Translations under genes and position numbers: made by a program | Source of the DNA: an uncultured Gemmatimonadales bacterium | Lineage (GTDB): Bacteria > Gemmatimonadota > Gemmatimonadetes > Longimicrobiales > RSA9 | DNA length: 64,000 nt | Reading direction: 5' to 3' | NCBI GenBank assembly: GCA_963816355.1 | Contig: CAWFKH010000003.1 | Location: 704,001 to 768,000, forward strand | Notes under the pieces: model-generated | Databases searched by the model: none | Told to the model about the DNA's origin: nothing | The model's input: only the letters and a program-made list of their open reading frames with translations | Part shown: piece after piece, positions 27,415 to 37,126 of the stretch | How positions within the stretch are numbered: position 1 is the stretch's first letter | How the letters are laid out: every line of letters starts with the position of its first letter

Positions 27415-27782
27415 CCCCTCGCGCGCCAGCGCGAGCCTCCCTCGCCGCCAGGCGAGCCTCCCCGCGGCGCAGCCGCGGCCCCTCGCGCGCCAGCGCGAGC
27501 TTCCCTCGCCGCAGGCGAGCCCCCCCGCGGCGCAGCCGCGGCCCCTCGCGCGCCAGCCGCGAGCTTCCCTCGCCGCCAGGCGAGCTTCCCCGCGGCGCAG
27601 CCGCGGCCCCCTCGCGCGCCAGCGCGAGCTTCCCTCGCCGCCAGGCGAGCTTCCCCGCGGCGCAGCCGCGGCCCCCTCGCGCGCCAGCGTGAGCTTCCCT
27701 CGCCGCTAGGCGAGCTTCCCTCGCGCCTCAGCGCGAGCTTCCCTCGCCGCCAGGCGAGCTTCCCTCGCGCCTCAGCGCGAGC
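27415..27782. repeat. REP/BIME-like array of short GC-rich hairpin modules, three alternating types in ~63-bp periods
   Basis: CTCGCGC-GCCA-GCGCGAG, CTCGCC-GCCA-GGCGAG and CCGCGGC-GCA-GCCGCGG repeated about 4 times plus partial copies. Confidence 0.85.
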
Positions 27783-29182
27783 GCCCCCCGCGTTGCGTTC
27801 CACCCGCACATCCCATGCACCCCGCCGCCCGGCGGCGTCGACGCCGAGCAGAGATACAGCCCCGGCACGGGCGTGCGGTAGGGTCGGGCGCGGATCGTGG
27901 GGCGGAAGAGGAGCTGCCGCGGCGTCGCCACGCCGCCGTTGATGTCGCCGCCGACGAGGTTCGCGTTGTAGCGTTCGAGGTCGCACGGGTTGCGGGTGGC
28001 GCGCGCGAGCACGACGTCGCGAAATCCGGGCGCGAAGCGCTCGACCTGGTCCTCGATCGCCTGCGTCATGTCGACCGTCGAGCCGTGCGGCACGTGACAG
28101 TACGCCCATGCCGTGTGGCGGCCGGGCGGCGCGCGCGTGGCGTCGAAGAGGCTCGGCTGCGTGAGGAGCACGAACGGGCGGTCGGGGACGCGGCCTTCCC
28201 ACGCCTGGCGGTTCGCTCTCGCGATCGCCTCGGCGGTGCCGCCGAGGTGGACGGTGCCGGCGCGGCGGCACGCCTCGGCGGACCACGGGATCGGCTCGGC
28301 GAGCGCCCAGTCGATCTTGAAGACGCCGGGTCCGTAGCGCCAGCGGCGGAGCTGCCGGCGATAGCGCGCGGGCAGGCGCTCGCCGGCGACCTCCAGTACC
28401 TGCCGCGGCGTCAGGTCGAGCATCGTGGTCGCGGCGCGCGGCAGCGGATCGAGGGAGCGCACGGGGGAGCCCGTGACGATGGTGCCGCCGTGCTCGCGGA
28501 GCAGGGAAGCGAGCGCGTCGGCGATGGAACGGGAACCGCCGCGCGCGATGGGCCAGCCGGCGCCGTGGCCGGCGATCGCGAGCATCAGGGCGAAGGCGGC
28601 GGTCGGCGGCCGCTCGAGGGGCTCGAAGGCGTGGCCCGCGAGGCCGGCGAGGAGCGCGCGGCCGCGGGGTCCGTCGAAGCGGTCGCGGCCGAGTCCGATC
28701 GCGGAGCGCAGCGCCAGCAGGCCGAAGCGCGCGAGCAGCAGCGGGTGCGACGGCACGTGCAGCGGCGGACGCAGTGCGTCGTCGAAGAGGTCGCGCCAGC
28801 GCTCGACGAACGGGTCCATGAGCGCGCGGTACGACGCGCGGTCCGGGGCATCGAGGCTGGCGGCGGTGTCCGCGGTGGCGCGCTCGAGGGTCGCCGCGCC
28901 GCCGTCGCCGAAAGGGTGCGCGAGGAGCGTCGTCGGATGCACCCATTCGAGGCCGTGCTCCGCCAGCGGCAGCGTGCGGAAGAAGGGCGACGCCGCGCCC
29001 ATCGGGTGTACGGCGGAGCAGATGTCGTGCTGGAAGCCGGGCAGCGTGAGCTCCGCGGTGCGAGCGCCGCCGCCGATCGTGTCGGCCGCCTCGTAGACGA
29101 TCACCTCTTCGCCGGCGCGCGCGAGCGCCACGGCCGCGGCGAGGCCGTTGGGGCCGGCGCCGACGACTACGGCTCGCGCCAC
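27728..29182 (-). CDS. FAD-dependent oxidoreductase, phytoene desaturase family
   Basis: VVVGAGPNG, GGGART, HDICSAVHP, YLCSASTPPGGGVHGMCG; the 3' end runs into the repeat array. Confidence 0.9.
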   Translation of the reverse strand: MARAVVVGAGPNGLAAAVALARAGEEVIVYEAADTIGGGARTAELTLPGFQHDICSAVHPMGAASPFFRTLPLAEHGLEWVHPTTLLAHPFGDGGAATLERATADTAASLDAPDRASYRALMDPFVERWRDLFDDALRPPLHVPSHPLLLARFGLLALRSAIGLGRDRFDGPRGRALLAGLAGHAFEPLERPPTAAFALMLAIAGHGAGWPIARGGSRSIADALASLLREHGGTIVTGSPVRSLDPLPRAATTMLDLTPRQVLEVAGERLPARYRRQLRRWRYGPGVFKIDWALAEPIPWSAEACRRAGTVHLGGTAEAIARANRQAWEGRVPDRPFVLLTQPSLFDATRAPPGRHTAWAYCHVPHGSTVDMTQAIEDQVERFAPGFRDVVLARATRNPCDLERYNANLVGGDINGGVATPRQLLFRPTIRARPYRTPVPGLYLCSASTPPGGGVHGMCGWNATRGALALRREGSSPGGEGSSR

Positions 29183-29448
29183 AGCCGCCGCGCGCCGCGC
29201 GTACGAGGACGCGGCGGTCGTTCGGCCTGCGTGGGCGCCGCGACTCCCCGGTGCTTCACCGGCCGCGGTCCGGTGTCCGCGTTCTCACATCGCTTCCTCC
29301 GCACGGAGTTCTGCCGGTTCCGCGTGCACGTAGCGCGCCAGCTCGGGCGCTCGAGACGACGGCGCCGCCCGCGCTCGCTCGCTCCGCAGCCACCCGTTCG
29401 CGACGCTCGCAGTGGCGTGATTTCGCTTCGCAGCGCACATTTGCGCGC

Positions 29449-31338
29449 ATGCGACTCCTGCGCATCGGCATCGGAAGCACGAACCCGACGGTGGGCGCCG
29501 TCCGCTCGAACGTGGACGGCCTGCTGCGACAGGCGCGCGCCATGGCGGAGGCGGGCGTGGCGCTGGCGTGCTTCCCGGAGCAGGCGGTCGGCGGCTATCC
29601 GGCGGAGGACCTCGTGCAGTGGCGGGCCTACGTCGCCGCGCAGCGCCGGGCGCTCGAGCGCTTCGCCGCCGCCACGTCCGACCTGGCGGCCGCTTTCGTG
29701 CTCGGCGTGACGGCGGATGTCGAAGGCGACCTCTTCAACTGCGCGGCGGTGGTCCAGGGCGGCCGCATCCTGGGTCTGGTGCCGAAGGAGAAGCTTCCGA
29801 GCTACAATGTCTTCTACGAGGCGCGCACGCTGTCGCGCGGCTCCGCGGGCCTCTCGCTCGCCTCGGCGGGCGTCGCACTCGGCGACCTGCTCTTCGAGTT
29901 TCCCTTCGGCGTCCTCGCCGTCGAGGTGTGCGAGGACGCATGGTCGCCGGACGGGCCGATGCGCCGGCGCTGCTATTCCGGCGCGGAGATCGTCGTCAAC
30001 GTCTCCGCGTCGCCGTTTCGTGTCGGCGTCGTCGGCACGCGCCGCGAGATGCTCGCCACCCGCTCCGCCGACAACCAGGCGGCCCTCGTCTACGTCAACC
30101 GCGTGGGCGGGCAGGACGGGCTCGTCTTCGACGGCGGCGGCTACGTCTTCCAGAACGGACGGCTGCTGCACGAAGGCGAGCGCTTCCGCGAAGGATGGTC
30201 GAGCGTCGTCGTCGACCTCGGCCGCACGCACCGCCTGCGCGTCGAGAACACGACGTGGCGCGCAGACCGCGAGGCGTTCCACGAGCGCGCCGCCGCCGTC
30301 GCCCGCGTGCGGGCCGCGCCGGGTGCCGCCGAGCCGCCCGCTCCGGACGCCTACCCCGCTCCCGCCGGCGATTCCTTCTTCCTTCCGCCCGCGAGCGAGC
30401 GGGCCGCGCCGCGCGAGCGCGTGCTGGACGATCTGCTCGCCGCGCTCACGCTCGGCGTGCGGGACTACTACGCGAAGACCGGCGCCTTCCGTCGCATCGG
30501 TGTGGCCGTGTCCGGCGGCCGCGACTCGATGCTGACGCTGCTCGTCGGCTGGCGCGTCGCGCGTGCGCTGGGGGAGGGCGGCGAGGCGCCGCCGCTGCAG
30601 GCGTTCTACATGCCGAGCCGCCATTCCGCCGCGGCGACGCGGGAGGCGGCGCGCACGCTGTGCGCGGAGCTGGACGTGCCGCTCGTCGAGATCGCCATCG
30701 ACGAGGCGTACGACGGCGAGGTCGAGGCGGCCGCGACGATGCTCGGCGGCGCGGCGGAGGTCGACGAGCTGACGCGGCAGAACGTGCAGGCGCGCATCCG
30801 CGCGGCGCGCATGTGGAACTGGTCCAACAGCTCCGGCGCCCTCTTCCTGCAGACCGGCGACATGAGCGAGAAGGCGGTCGGTTACACCACCGTGGGCGGC
30901 GACCTCGAGGGCGGCCTGTCGGTGATCGCCAACGTGCCGAAGACGGTCGTCGTCGCGCTGCTCGAGCGGCTGCACGCGCTGCACGGCTTCCGCGGCATCG
31001 AGCTGTGCCTCGCGACGGCGCCCGGCCCGGAGTTGGCCGACGATCAGGAAGCGGAGGCGGAGCTGATGGCGTTCCCCGTCCTCGACGCGTGCCTCCACCT
31101 GTACGCGGGCGAGAAGCTGACGCCGTCCGAGGTCGCCTTCGCGCTCCGCGCCATCTTCCCCGAGCGCGACGCCGGCGCTCTGCGCGAGGACGCCGACCGC
31201 TTCGCCCGCCTCTTCAACCGCTCCATCTACAAGTGGGTGCAGGCGCCGCTCGCGCTGCACGTCGGCTCGCTCGACCTCGACCGCGAACGCGCGCTGCAGC
31301 TGCCGGTCGTCTCGTCCGCCGAGTGGATGCAGGAGTGA
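29449..31338 (+). CDS. nadE: Glutamine-dependent NAD+ synthetase
   Basis: Nitrilase triad FPE, PK.KLP.Y..FYE, VCEDAW; synthetase SGGRDS, QNVQAR, GDMSE.AVGYTT. Confidence 0.92.
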   Translation: MRLLRIGIGSTNPTVGAVRSNVDGLLRQARAMAEAGVALACFPEQAVGGYPAEDLVQWRAYVAAQRRALERFAAATSDLAAAFVLGVTADVEGDLFNCAAVVQGGRILGLVPKEKLPSYNVFYEARTLSRGSAGLSLASAGVALGDLLFEFPFGVLAVEVCEDAWSPDGPMRRRCYSGAEIVVNVSASPFRVGVVGTRREMLATRSADNQAALVYVNRVGGQDGLVFDGGGYVFQNGRLLHEGERFREGWSSVVVDLGRTHRLRVENTTWRADREAFHERAAAVARVRAAPGAAEPPAPDAYPAPAGDSFFLPPASERAAPRERVLDDLLAALTLGVRDYYAKTGAFRRIGVAVSGGRDSMLTLLVGWRVARALGEGGEAPPLQAFYMPSRHSAAATREAARTLCAELDVPLVEIAIDEAYDGEVEAAATMLGGAAEVDELTRQNVQARIRAARMWNWSNSSGALFLQTGDMSEKAVGYTTVGGDLEGGLSVIANVPKTVVVALLERLHALHGFRGIELCLATAPGPELADDQEAEAELMAFPVLDACLHLYAGEKLTPSEVAFALRAIFPERDAGALREDADRFARLFNRSIYKWVQAPLALHVGSLDLDRERALQLPVVSSAEWMQE

Positions 31339-31443
31339 GCGGCGGAAGTTCCTCCGAACCCTGACACACGGTCGGCGCCCGCCCGACAGATTCGCCTCCT
31401 GGCCGCCGTAGATTGCCCGATGACGCCAAGGAGGTGGATCGCC

Positions 31444-31992
31444 ATGCCCGTGCTTCGCGACATCATGAGCTCGACGCTCGTCACGCTCGCCCCCGACGCC
31501 ACGCTGCGCGAGGCGGCCGAGCTGCTCAGCGACCGCGGCATCGGCGGCGCTCCGGTCGTCGCCGGCGGACGCCTCGTCGGCGTCGTCTCCGCCACCGACA
31601 TCCTCGACTTCACGGCGAACAGCGCCGGCGTGCCCACGGAGAAGCCGGACGAGCCGGACCGCTCGGACCTCGACTTCGAGTGGGAGGAGGCGCTGGACGA
31701 CGAAGGCGCCGCGAGCTTCTTCGTCGACCTGTGGGACGACGCGGGTGCCGACGTGCTCGAGCGCATGCGACAGGTCGACAGCCCGGAGTGGGACCTGCTC
31801 GAGGAACACGCCGTCGAGGAGGTGATGACCCGGCGCGTGTCCGCGCTTCCCTCCGACGCCGACATCCACGAAGCCGCGCAGCGCATGCTCGACGAGGGGA
31901 TCCACCGCCTGCTCGTGATCGACGGCGAGCGCCTCGTCGGCGTCGTCACGACCACGGACTTCCTGCGCCTCGTCGCCACCCGCACCGCCTAG
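31444..31992 (+). CDS. CBS-pair protein with acidic insertion
   Basis: AAGGAGG RBS; DIMS..LVTL.PD, GAPVV..GRLVGVVS.TD, EVMTRRV, IHRLLV..LVGVVTTTD. Confidence 0.88.
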   Translation: MPVLRDIMSSTLVTLAPDATLREAAELLSDRGIGGAPVVAGGRLVGVVSATDILDFTANSAGVPTEKPDEPDRSDLDFEWEEALDDEGAASFFVDLWDDAGADVLERMRQVDSPEWDLLEEHAVEEVMTRRVSALPSDADIHEAAQRMLDEGIHRLLVIDGERLVGVVTTTDFLRLVATRTA

Positions 31993-32019
31993 GCGCGCCT
32001 TCCGGCCGCCTCGCCTCCT

Positions 32020-32466
32020 TCACTCCCGCGGCCGCGGCTCCGGCGCCACATCCCGCAACACTTCCGTCACCGCCCCCGCTCCCAGCGCGTCCGTGCGGCG
32101 TGCGAGGTCCCGGATCGAGATGATGCCGAGCAGCCGCTTGCCGCTGCCGACCACCGGAACGTGTCGCGCGCGCGTGCGCCGCATGCGCCCCACGACGTCG
32201 CGTACGTCGGCGTCCGGATGGACCACGTCCAGGTTGGCGCGCGTCATGTGCTCCCCCACGTCGCAGTCCTCGATGTGGCGTTTCGCGACGTGACGCAGCG
32301 CGATGTCGCGGTCCGTGATCACGCCCACGAGCCGCATGCTCTCGCGGTCCCGCACGACCGGCAGCAGCGCCAGCCCGAGCCGCTCCATCAACCGCGCCGC
32401 GATGCTGATCGGCTCGTGAGGCGTGACGACCTGCGGGTCGGCGGTCATGAGCTCCTGCGCGCGCAT
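32020..32466 (-). CDS. CBS-pair protein
   Basis: GAGGAGGT RBS; ELMTADP, LVGVITDRDI, HVPVV..LLGIISIRDL. Confidence 0.88.
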   Translation of the reverse strand: MRAQELMTADPQVVTPHEPISIAARLMERLGLALLPVVRDRESMRLVGVITDRDIALRHVAKRHIEDCDVGEHMTRANLDVVHPDADVRDVVGRMRRTRARHVPVVGSGKRLLGIISIRDLARRTDALGAGAVTEVLRDVAPEPRPRE

Positions 32467-32498
32467 GATGACCTCCTCGGCTCGGGTCCAGGCGTCCT

Positions 32499-33698
32499 TC
32501 ACTCGTACGCGAAGATGCGGCCGGCCGCGTCGGGCGCCGCCGCTTCCGCCGCCGGCGCCATCGCCACCGTCCGCGGGTAGCGGAGCAGGGCGACGACGCC
32601 GCCCGCCGCGCGCTCGATCCGCTCGGCTGCCTCGCCGCGCACCTCCTCGATCCTTCCGCCGGCCGACAGCACGCTCTGGAGGAGGAGGTCGATCGTGTCC
32701 GCCACGGGTGCGACGGCGCCGCCGCACGCGCACGTCGAACGCGTCGCGTCGGCGAAGAGGCGGCCGCAGCCGGCGCAGCGCGCTCCGGGCCGGCGCGCGC
32801 TCTCCCCGTAGACCAGCAGCGCGACGCGCCGATCGCTCACGGCCGCTGCGACGTCGTCCGCCGTGACGACGGCGGTGCAACGGTCGGTGCGCTCGAGCAG
32901 GTCTTCCACCAGCTCCTCCTCGTGCGCGCGCTCGACCGCCTCTTCGACACGGCGCGCGGCGCTCAGGACCTCCGCCATCGGGGCCCCCGCGCCGACGGCC
33001 ACGCTGCCGCCGATGCGGCTGCGCAGGCGGCGCGGGAGGACGCGGTCGAACACCGCGCGCGCCTCCGGCGGACCGCCGACGAGGATGCGGTCGATCGGCG
33101 CGATCTCCGACAGGCGCGCGACCGCGTCGACGACCCGGCCGACGTGCCACTCGACGCGTGTGTCGTGCTCGCGCTGAAAGCGGCTCTGCGAATAGCCGCC
33201 CTGGGCATGGCGGCCGGGCACGTCGTCGTGCAGCGACGCGACCTCCTCCGCTTCGCCCACGTAATCGACGATGAGCCGGGCGCTCTCCTTGTCCAGCAGC
33301 ACGATCAGCGTCCGTTCGTGCTCGTCCAGGGTGGCCAGCAGCGGCCGCAGGTACAGCCGATCCGACCACGTGGCCCGTGGCGCGACGTGAGCGGGAAGCC
33401 GGACGAACGCCTCGAGGCCGCGTTCGGGGCAGACGAAGATCGCCGCCGCTCGCGGCGGCGACTCGCTCCCCTCGAGAAGCCGGCCGGCGCGCGCCCACGC
33501 TTCATCGAACGCCTGCGGCGCCTCCTCACCGAGCGCCGCGAGCTCCGCGTGGACGGCGCGCTCGAGGTCCTGGAGCTGGGCCCGGAGGTTGCGCCCGGAG
33601 CCGCGCGCAGGGTCGGTCCACAGGTAGAGACTGAGCGCCTTGGCGCCGCCGGTCTCGAAGCGGACGAGTCCGTCGACGGTCTGCTGAGTCGGGAGCAT
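32499..33698 (-). CDS. Bacterial aeRF1-like release-factor homolog (baeRF family) with Zn-ribbon insert
   Basis: LSLYL N-domain, LYLRPL, HAQGGYSQSRFQR loop, ILVGGP, CxxC...CxC, GGVVALLRY. Confidence 0.78.
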   Translation of the reverse strand: MLPTQQTVDGLVRFETGGAKALSLYLWTDPARGSGRNLRAQLQDLERAVHAELAALGEEAPQAFDEAWARAGRLLEGSESPPRAAAIFVCPERGLEAFVRLPAHVAPRATWSDRLYLRPLLATLDEHERTLIVLLDKESARLIVDYVGEAEEVASLHDDVPGRHAQGGYSQSRFQREHDTRVEWHVGRVVDAVARLSEIAPIDRILVGGPPEARAVFDRVLPRRLRSRIGGSVAVGAGAPMAEVLSAARRVEEAVERAHEEELVEDLLERTDRCTAVVTADDVAAAVSDRRVALLVYGESARRPGARCAGCGRLFADATRSTCACGGAVAPVADTIDLLLQSVLSAGGRIEEVRGEAAERIERAAGGVVALLRYPRTVAMAPAAEAAAPDAAGRIFAYE

Positions 33699-33870
33699 CG
33701 GTTCCTCGCGGTTGGCTTCGTCCAAGCATAGGATCCGGCGCCGAGCGCGGGCGTAGGGAGAAGCCCGAAAAGCTCGGGAAAACCCCGATACCCGGTTCTC
33801 GCCTCATGCCGTAGAAATGCAGGTGCACACGGTGGGTCGCGCCTCGGGCGCTCGCGACGGAGGTGGGAGC

Positions 33871-34110
33871 ATGGCTGGAAAGAGGCCGGATCAGTACCGC
33901 ATCGCGCCGGACGAAGCCGGTGCGACCGATTACAAGACGCTTCCGAACGATCCCCGGGAGACGGACCGCAAGGACAAGCTGCCCTTCACACGCGGGAGGG
34001 CGCGCGCGCGCGGCGTGCAGGAGGTGCCGCCGAAGGTGCTCGAACCCGCCGCCGAGAAGGCGCGGGCGGCCGAGTTGCGCCGCCGCGGCAGGCCGCGCTC
34101 GCGCGGCTAG
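33871..34110 (+). CDS. Small hydrophilic hypothetical protein (79 aa)
   Basis: GGAGGT RBS plus ATG; MAGKRPDQYRIAPDEAGATDYK. Confidence 0.6.
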   Translation: MAGKRPDQYRIAPDEAGATDYKTLPNDPRETDRKDKLPFTRGRARARGVQEVPPKVLEPAAEKARAAELRRRGRPRSRG

Positions 34111-35705
34111 CTTCCCGGCGAGGTGTGCGTGACGATCCAGTCGGCGATCGTGCCGAGGACCGCTGCCGGCAGGGAGTGGTCCGGCAGCGCCGCGTAGCCG
34201 GCGGGGTTGCCGCTCACGTCCGGGAGGAAGAGGTGGTCCAGCTCCGGGAACACCTTCAGCGTCACGTCCGCGTCGCCGCCGGCGCGTAGCGCGGCCGCGA
34301 GCTGCGGCGCCTGGTCGGGCCGGATCTGCCAGTCGGTCCCACCCTGCAGGACGAGCGCCGGCACGCGCACGCGCCGCGCGGTCGGAAGCGGATCGTAGGT
34401 GAGAAAGTAGCGCACCCAGGGGCTGGCCGCCGCGAGCGAGTCGATCGTGGGATCGACCGAGCCCAGCAGCGAGTCGCGCTTCGCCGGCGGGAGCGGCGCG
34501 CTCGCCTCGATGCCCTGCCGCAGTTGATACTCGAGGATGGCGCGGCCGTTGAGCGCCGGTCCCGCCATGAGCACGATCCCCGCCAGCTCCGGATCGGTCG
34601 CCGCCACCATCGGCGCGATCAGGCCTCCCTCGCTGTGGCCCAGCAGCACGATGCGCTCCCCATCCACGTCCTCGCGCGCCCGCAGCCACGCGACCGCGGC
34701 GCGCACGTCGTCGGCGAAGTCGGCGGACGTCGCAGGCTGCGCGTCCCCGGTGGAGGCGCCGAATCCGCGGTCGTCGAGGCGCAGAACGGCCACGCCACGC
34801 CGGCCGAGCGTGTCGGCGATCTCGCGGAACGGCGCGTAGCCCTGCACCCCCGGCAGCCGCTCGTCCCGATCCTCCAGCCCGGAGCCGGAGATCGTCACGA
34901 CCGCCGCCACCGGGCCCGCGTGCGAGCGCGGCAGCGTGAGCGTGCCGCCCAGCGTGTGATCGCCGGCGGGGACGCGCACGGTGTCGGCGACGTAGGGTGC
35001 GCCCGCCGGCGCGGAGTAATCCCGTGGCGGCGCCTGCGGCGCGTTCATCGGCCCGGTGCGGACGATCGTGAGTCCCTGTACGGGGACGGTGCCGCCCGTG
35101 AGTCGGCCGGCGGCGTCGATGGCCGCGTGCATCTCGATCCCGGCGAGGGTGACGCGCAGCGAGTCGCCGGCGAGCGGCGCCGTCGTCAGGGTGGTCGTGC
35201 GTCCGCCGGCCACCGCGAACAGCGGCGTCGAGTGGTCCGGTGCGGTGCGCGCGTGTGCGATCGCGTCCTCGATCAGCGCCCAGTCGAGGTTGACGAAAGG
35301 TTGCGTCCCCGCCGCTACGCCGAAACGCTGCGTGCCCCCTCCCGCGCCGCCCTCCGCGCGCACGGTGACGCTGTCGTCGGCGAAAGTCAGCTCCGCCTTC
35401 TGCAGCGGCGGCGCGTCGCTGGACGCGTTCGCCTGGCGCGCCTCGATCGACATGGAGCGCACGCGGTGCGGCGCCGCGAGCTCCGCCGTGAACGATTCGC
35501 GGACGCCGGCGCTGCGCACCAGGAGGTCGACGGTGAGGCGGGTCGGCAGCCGCAGCACGCTCTCGACGGCGATGGTGTCCGTGCCCCGGATCGTGGCGAA
35601 GCCGTAGCGCTGCGGCTCCTGCGCCGGGAGGCGCGCGGCGGCCGTCGCCGTCGCGATGACCGCGAGTGCGATCGCGGCGCGCGCAGCCGGGTCGACGAAT
35701 CTCAA
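34107..35705 (-). CDS. Secreted alpha/beta-hydrolase (S9-like)
   Basis: GGAGG RBS plus TTG, signal peptide; GTLTLP, SGSG..DRD, DDRGFG, GHSEG, QGGTD.Q, LDHLF. Confidence 0.85.
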   Translation of the reverse strand: MRFVDPAARAAIALAVIATATAAARLPAQEPQRYGFATIRGTDTIAVESVLRLPTRLTVDLLVRSAGVRESFTAELAAPHRVRSMSIEARQANASSDAPPLQKAELTFADDSVTVRAEGGAGGGTQRFGVAAGTQPFVNLDWALIEDAIAHARTAPDHSTPLFAVAGGRTTTLTTAPLAGDSLRVTLAGIEMHAAIDAAGRLTGGTVPVQGLTIVRTGPMNAPQAPPRDYSAPAGAPYVADTVRVPAGDHTLGGTLTLPRSHAGPVAAVVTISGSGLEDRDERLPGVQGYAPFREIADTLGRRGVAVLRLDDRGFGASTGDAQPATSADFADDVRAAVAWLRAREDVDGERIVLLGHSEGGLIAPMVAATDPELAGIVLMAGPALNGRAILEYQLRQGIEASAPLPPAKRDSLLGSVDPTIDSLAAASPWVRYFLTYDPLPTARRVRVPALVLQGGTDWQIRPDQAPQLAAALRAGGDADVTLKVFPELDHLFLPDVSGNPAGYAALPDHSLPAAVLGTIADWIVTHTSPGS

Positions 35706-35847
35706 CGTTGCCTCCGTTCGGCGGGTGGGGCGGTGCCTTCGCGTGTAAGTTAACAGCCTCGCCGCGGAACATTCACCCCGGGCGCGGGGGTTCCAAAGTG
35801 CTCCGGTTTGGCGCCACACTCTCAACGATCCGAGCGAGGCCGATCCG

Positions 35848-37119
35848 ATGGAAAGCGCCCTCGACCGTTTCCGGGCCGTGCGCTCCCTCACCGAGCGTCT
35901 CTGCGAGCCGCTCGCCACCGAGGACTACGTCGTCCAGACGATGGAGGACGTGAGCCCGACGAAGTGGCACCTGGCGCACGTGAGCTGGTTCTTCGAGACG
36001 TTCCTGCTTCGCCCGCACCTGCCCGGCTACCGGCCGCTCGACGATCGCTACGCCTACCTCTTCAACTCGTACTACGTGCAGGCGGGCGAACGCCACTGCC
36101 GCGACCGCCGGGGCTACATCTCGCGGCCCACCGTCGCCGAGGTGTTCGGCTACCGGCGCCACGTGGACGACGCGATGGCATGCCTGATCGAGCGCGTCTC
36201 GGCGCCGTCGGCTCAGGCCGAGCGGGCGACGATCGCGCCGCTGCTCGAGATCGGCCTCAACCACGAGCAGCAGCACCAGGAGCTGCTGCTCACCGACATC
36301 AAGCACGTCTTCTCCGTCAACCCGCTGCGCCCGGCCTACACCTCGCTGCCTGCGCCCACCGGCCGGGCCGCGCCGCCGCTCCGTTGGATCGACGTCGAGG
36401 AGGGTCTCTACCAGATCGGGCACGACGGCTGCGGCTTCGCTTACGACAACGAAGGACCGCGTCACCGGCACTTCCTCGAGTGCTTCGCGATCGCGAGCCG
36501 GCCGGTCACCAACGGCGAGTTCCTCGCCTTCATGGAGGACGGCGGCTACCGCCACCCCGAGCTGTGGCTCTCGGAAGGCTGGGCGACGGTGGACGCGCGC
36601 GGCTGGACGGAGCCGTTCTACTGGGAGCGCCGCGACGGAGAATGGTGGAGCTTTACGCTGGGCGGAATGCGGCCGGTCGATCCCGCCGAGCCGCTCTCCC
36701 ACGTCAGCTACTTCGAGGCGGACGCGTACGCCCGCTGGGCCGGCGCGCGCCTGCCGACGGAGGAGGAGTGGGAAGTCGTGGCGCGGCCGCTGCCGATCGA
36801 CGGCAATTTCGTCGACGCCGGCCGCTTCCACCCCGCGCCGACGGGAGACGCGGGCCCGCCCGCCGCCGACGGCGCGCCCGCCGCGCTCTACGGCGACGTC
36901 TGGGAGTGGACGCGCAGCCAGTACTCGCCCTACCCGGGCTACCGCCCCGCGGCCGGCGCGATCGGCGAGTACAACGGCAAGTTCATGTCGAACCAGTTCG
37001 TGCTCAGGGGCGGCTCCTGCGCCACCTCGCGCGACCACGTCCGCGCCACCTACCGGAACTTCTTCCCGGCCGACGCGACGTGGCAGTTCAGCGGCTTCCG
37101 CCTGGCGCGCGACGCGTGA
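35848..37119 (+). CDS. egtB: Ergothioneine biosynthesis sulfoxide synthase
   Basis: SPTKWHLAH.SWFFE, HEQQHQE, FGE-like RLPTE.EWE, GDVWEWT, EYNGKFM. Confidence 0.92.
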   Translation: MESALDRFRAVRSLTERLCEPLATEDYVVQTMEDVSPTKWHLAHVSWFFETFLLRPHLPGYRPLDDRYAYLFNSYYVQAGERHCRDRRGYISRPTVAEVFGYRRHVDDAMACLIERVSAPSAQAERATIAPLLEIGLNHEQQHQELLLTDIKHVFSVNPLRPAYTSLPAPTGRAAPPLRWIDVEEGLYQIGHDGCGFAYDNEGPRHRHFLECFAIASRPVTNGEFLAFMEDGGYRHPELWLSEGWATVDARGWTEPFYWERRDGEWWSFTLGGMRPVDPAEPLSHVSYFEADAYARWAGARLPTEEEWEVVARPLPIDGNFVDAGRFHPAPTGDAGPPAADGAPAALYGDVWEWTRSQYSPYPGYRPAAGAIGEYNGKFMSNQFVLRGGSCATSRDHVRATYRNFFPADATWQFSGFRLARDA

Positions 37120-37126
37120 CGCGGAC

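Noticed and set aside
31400..31418. sigma54 promoters at TGGCCGCCGTAGATTGC and at about 59704 (GGGGCATGGATCTGC)
   Set aside because: Spacing is wrong (N12) or the match to consensus is poor; TAGATT at the first site fits a sigma70 -10 better.
35848..37119. Selenoneine (SenA) or ovothiol (OvoA) synthase; complete egt cluster
   Set aside because: No senB/selD neighbours, no C-terminal methyltransferase domain, and egtD is not adjacent.
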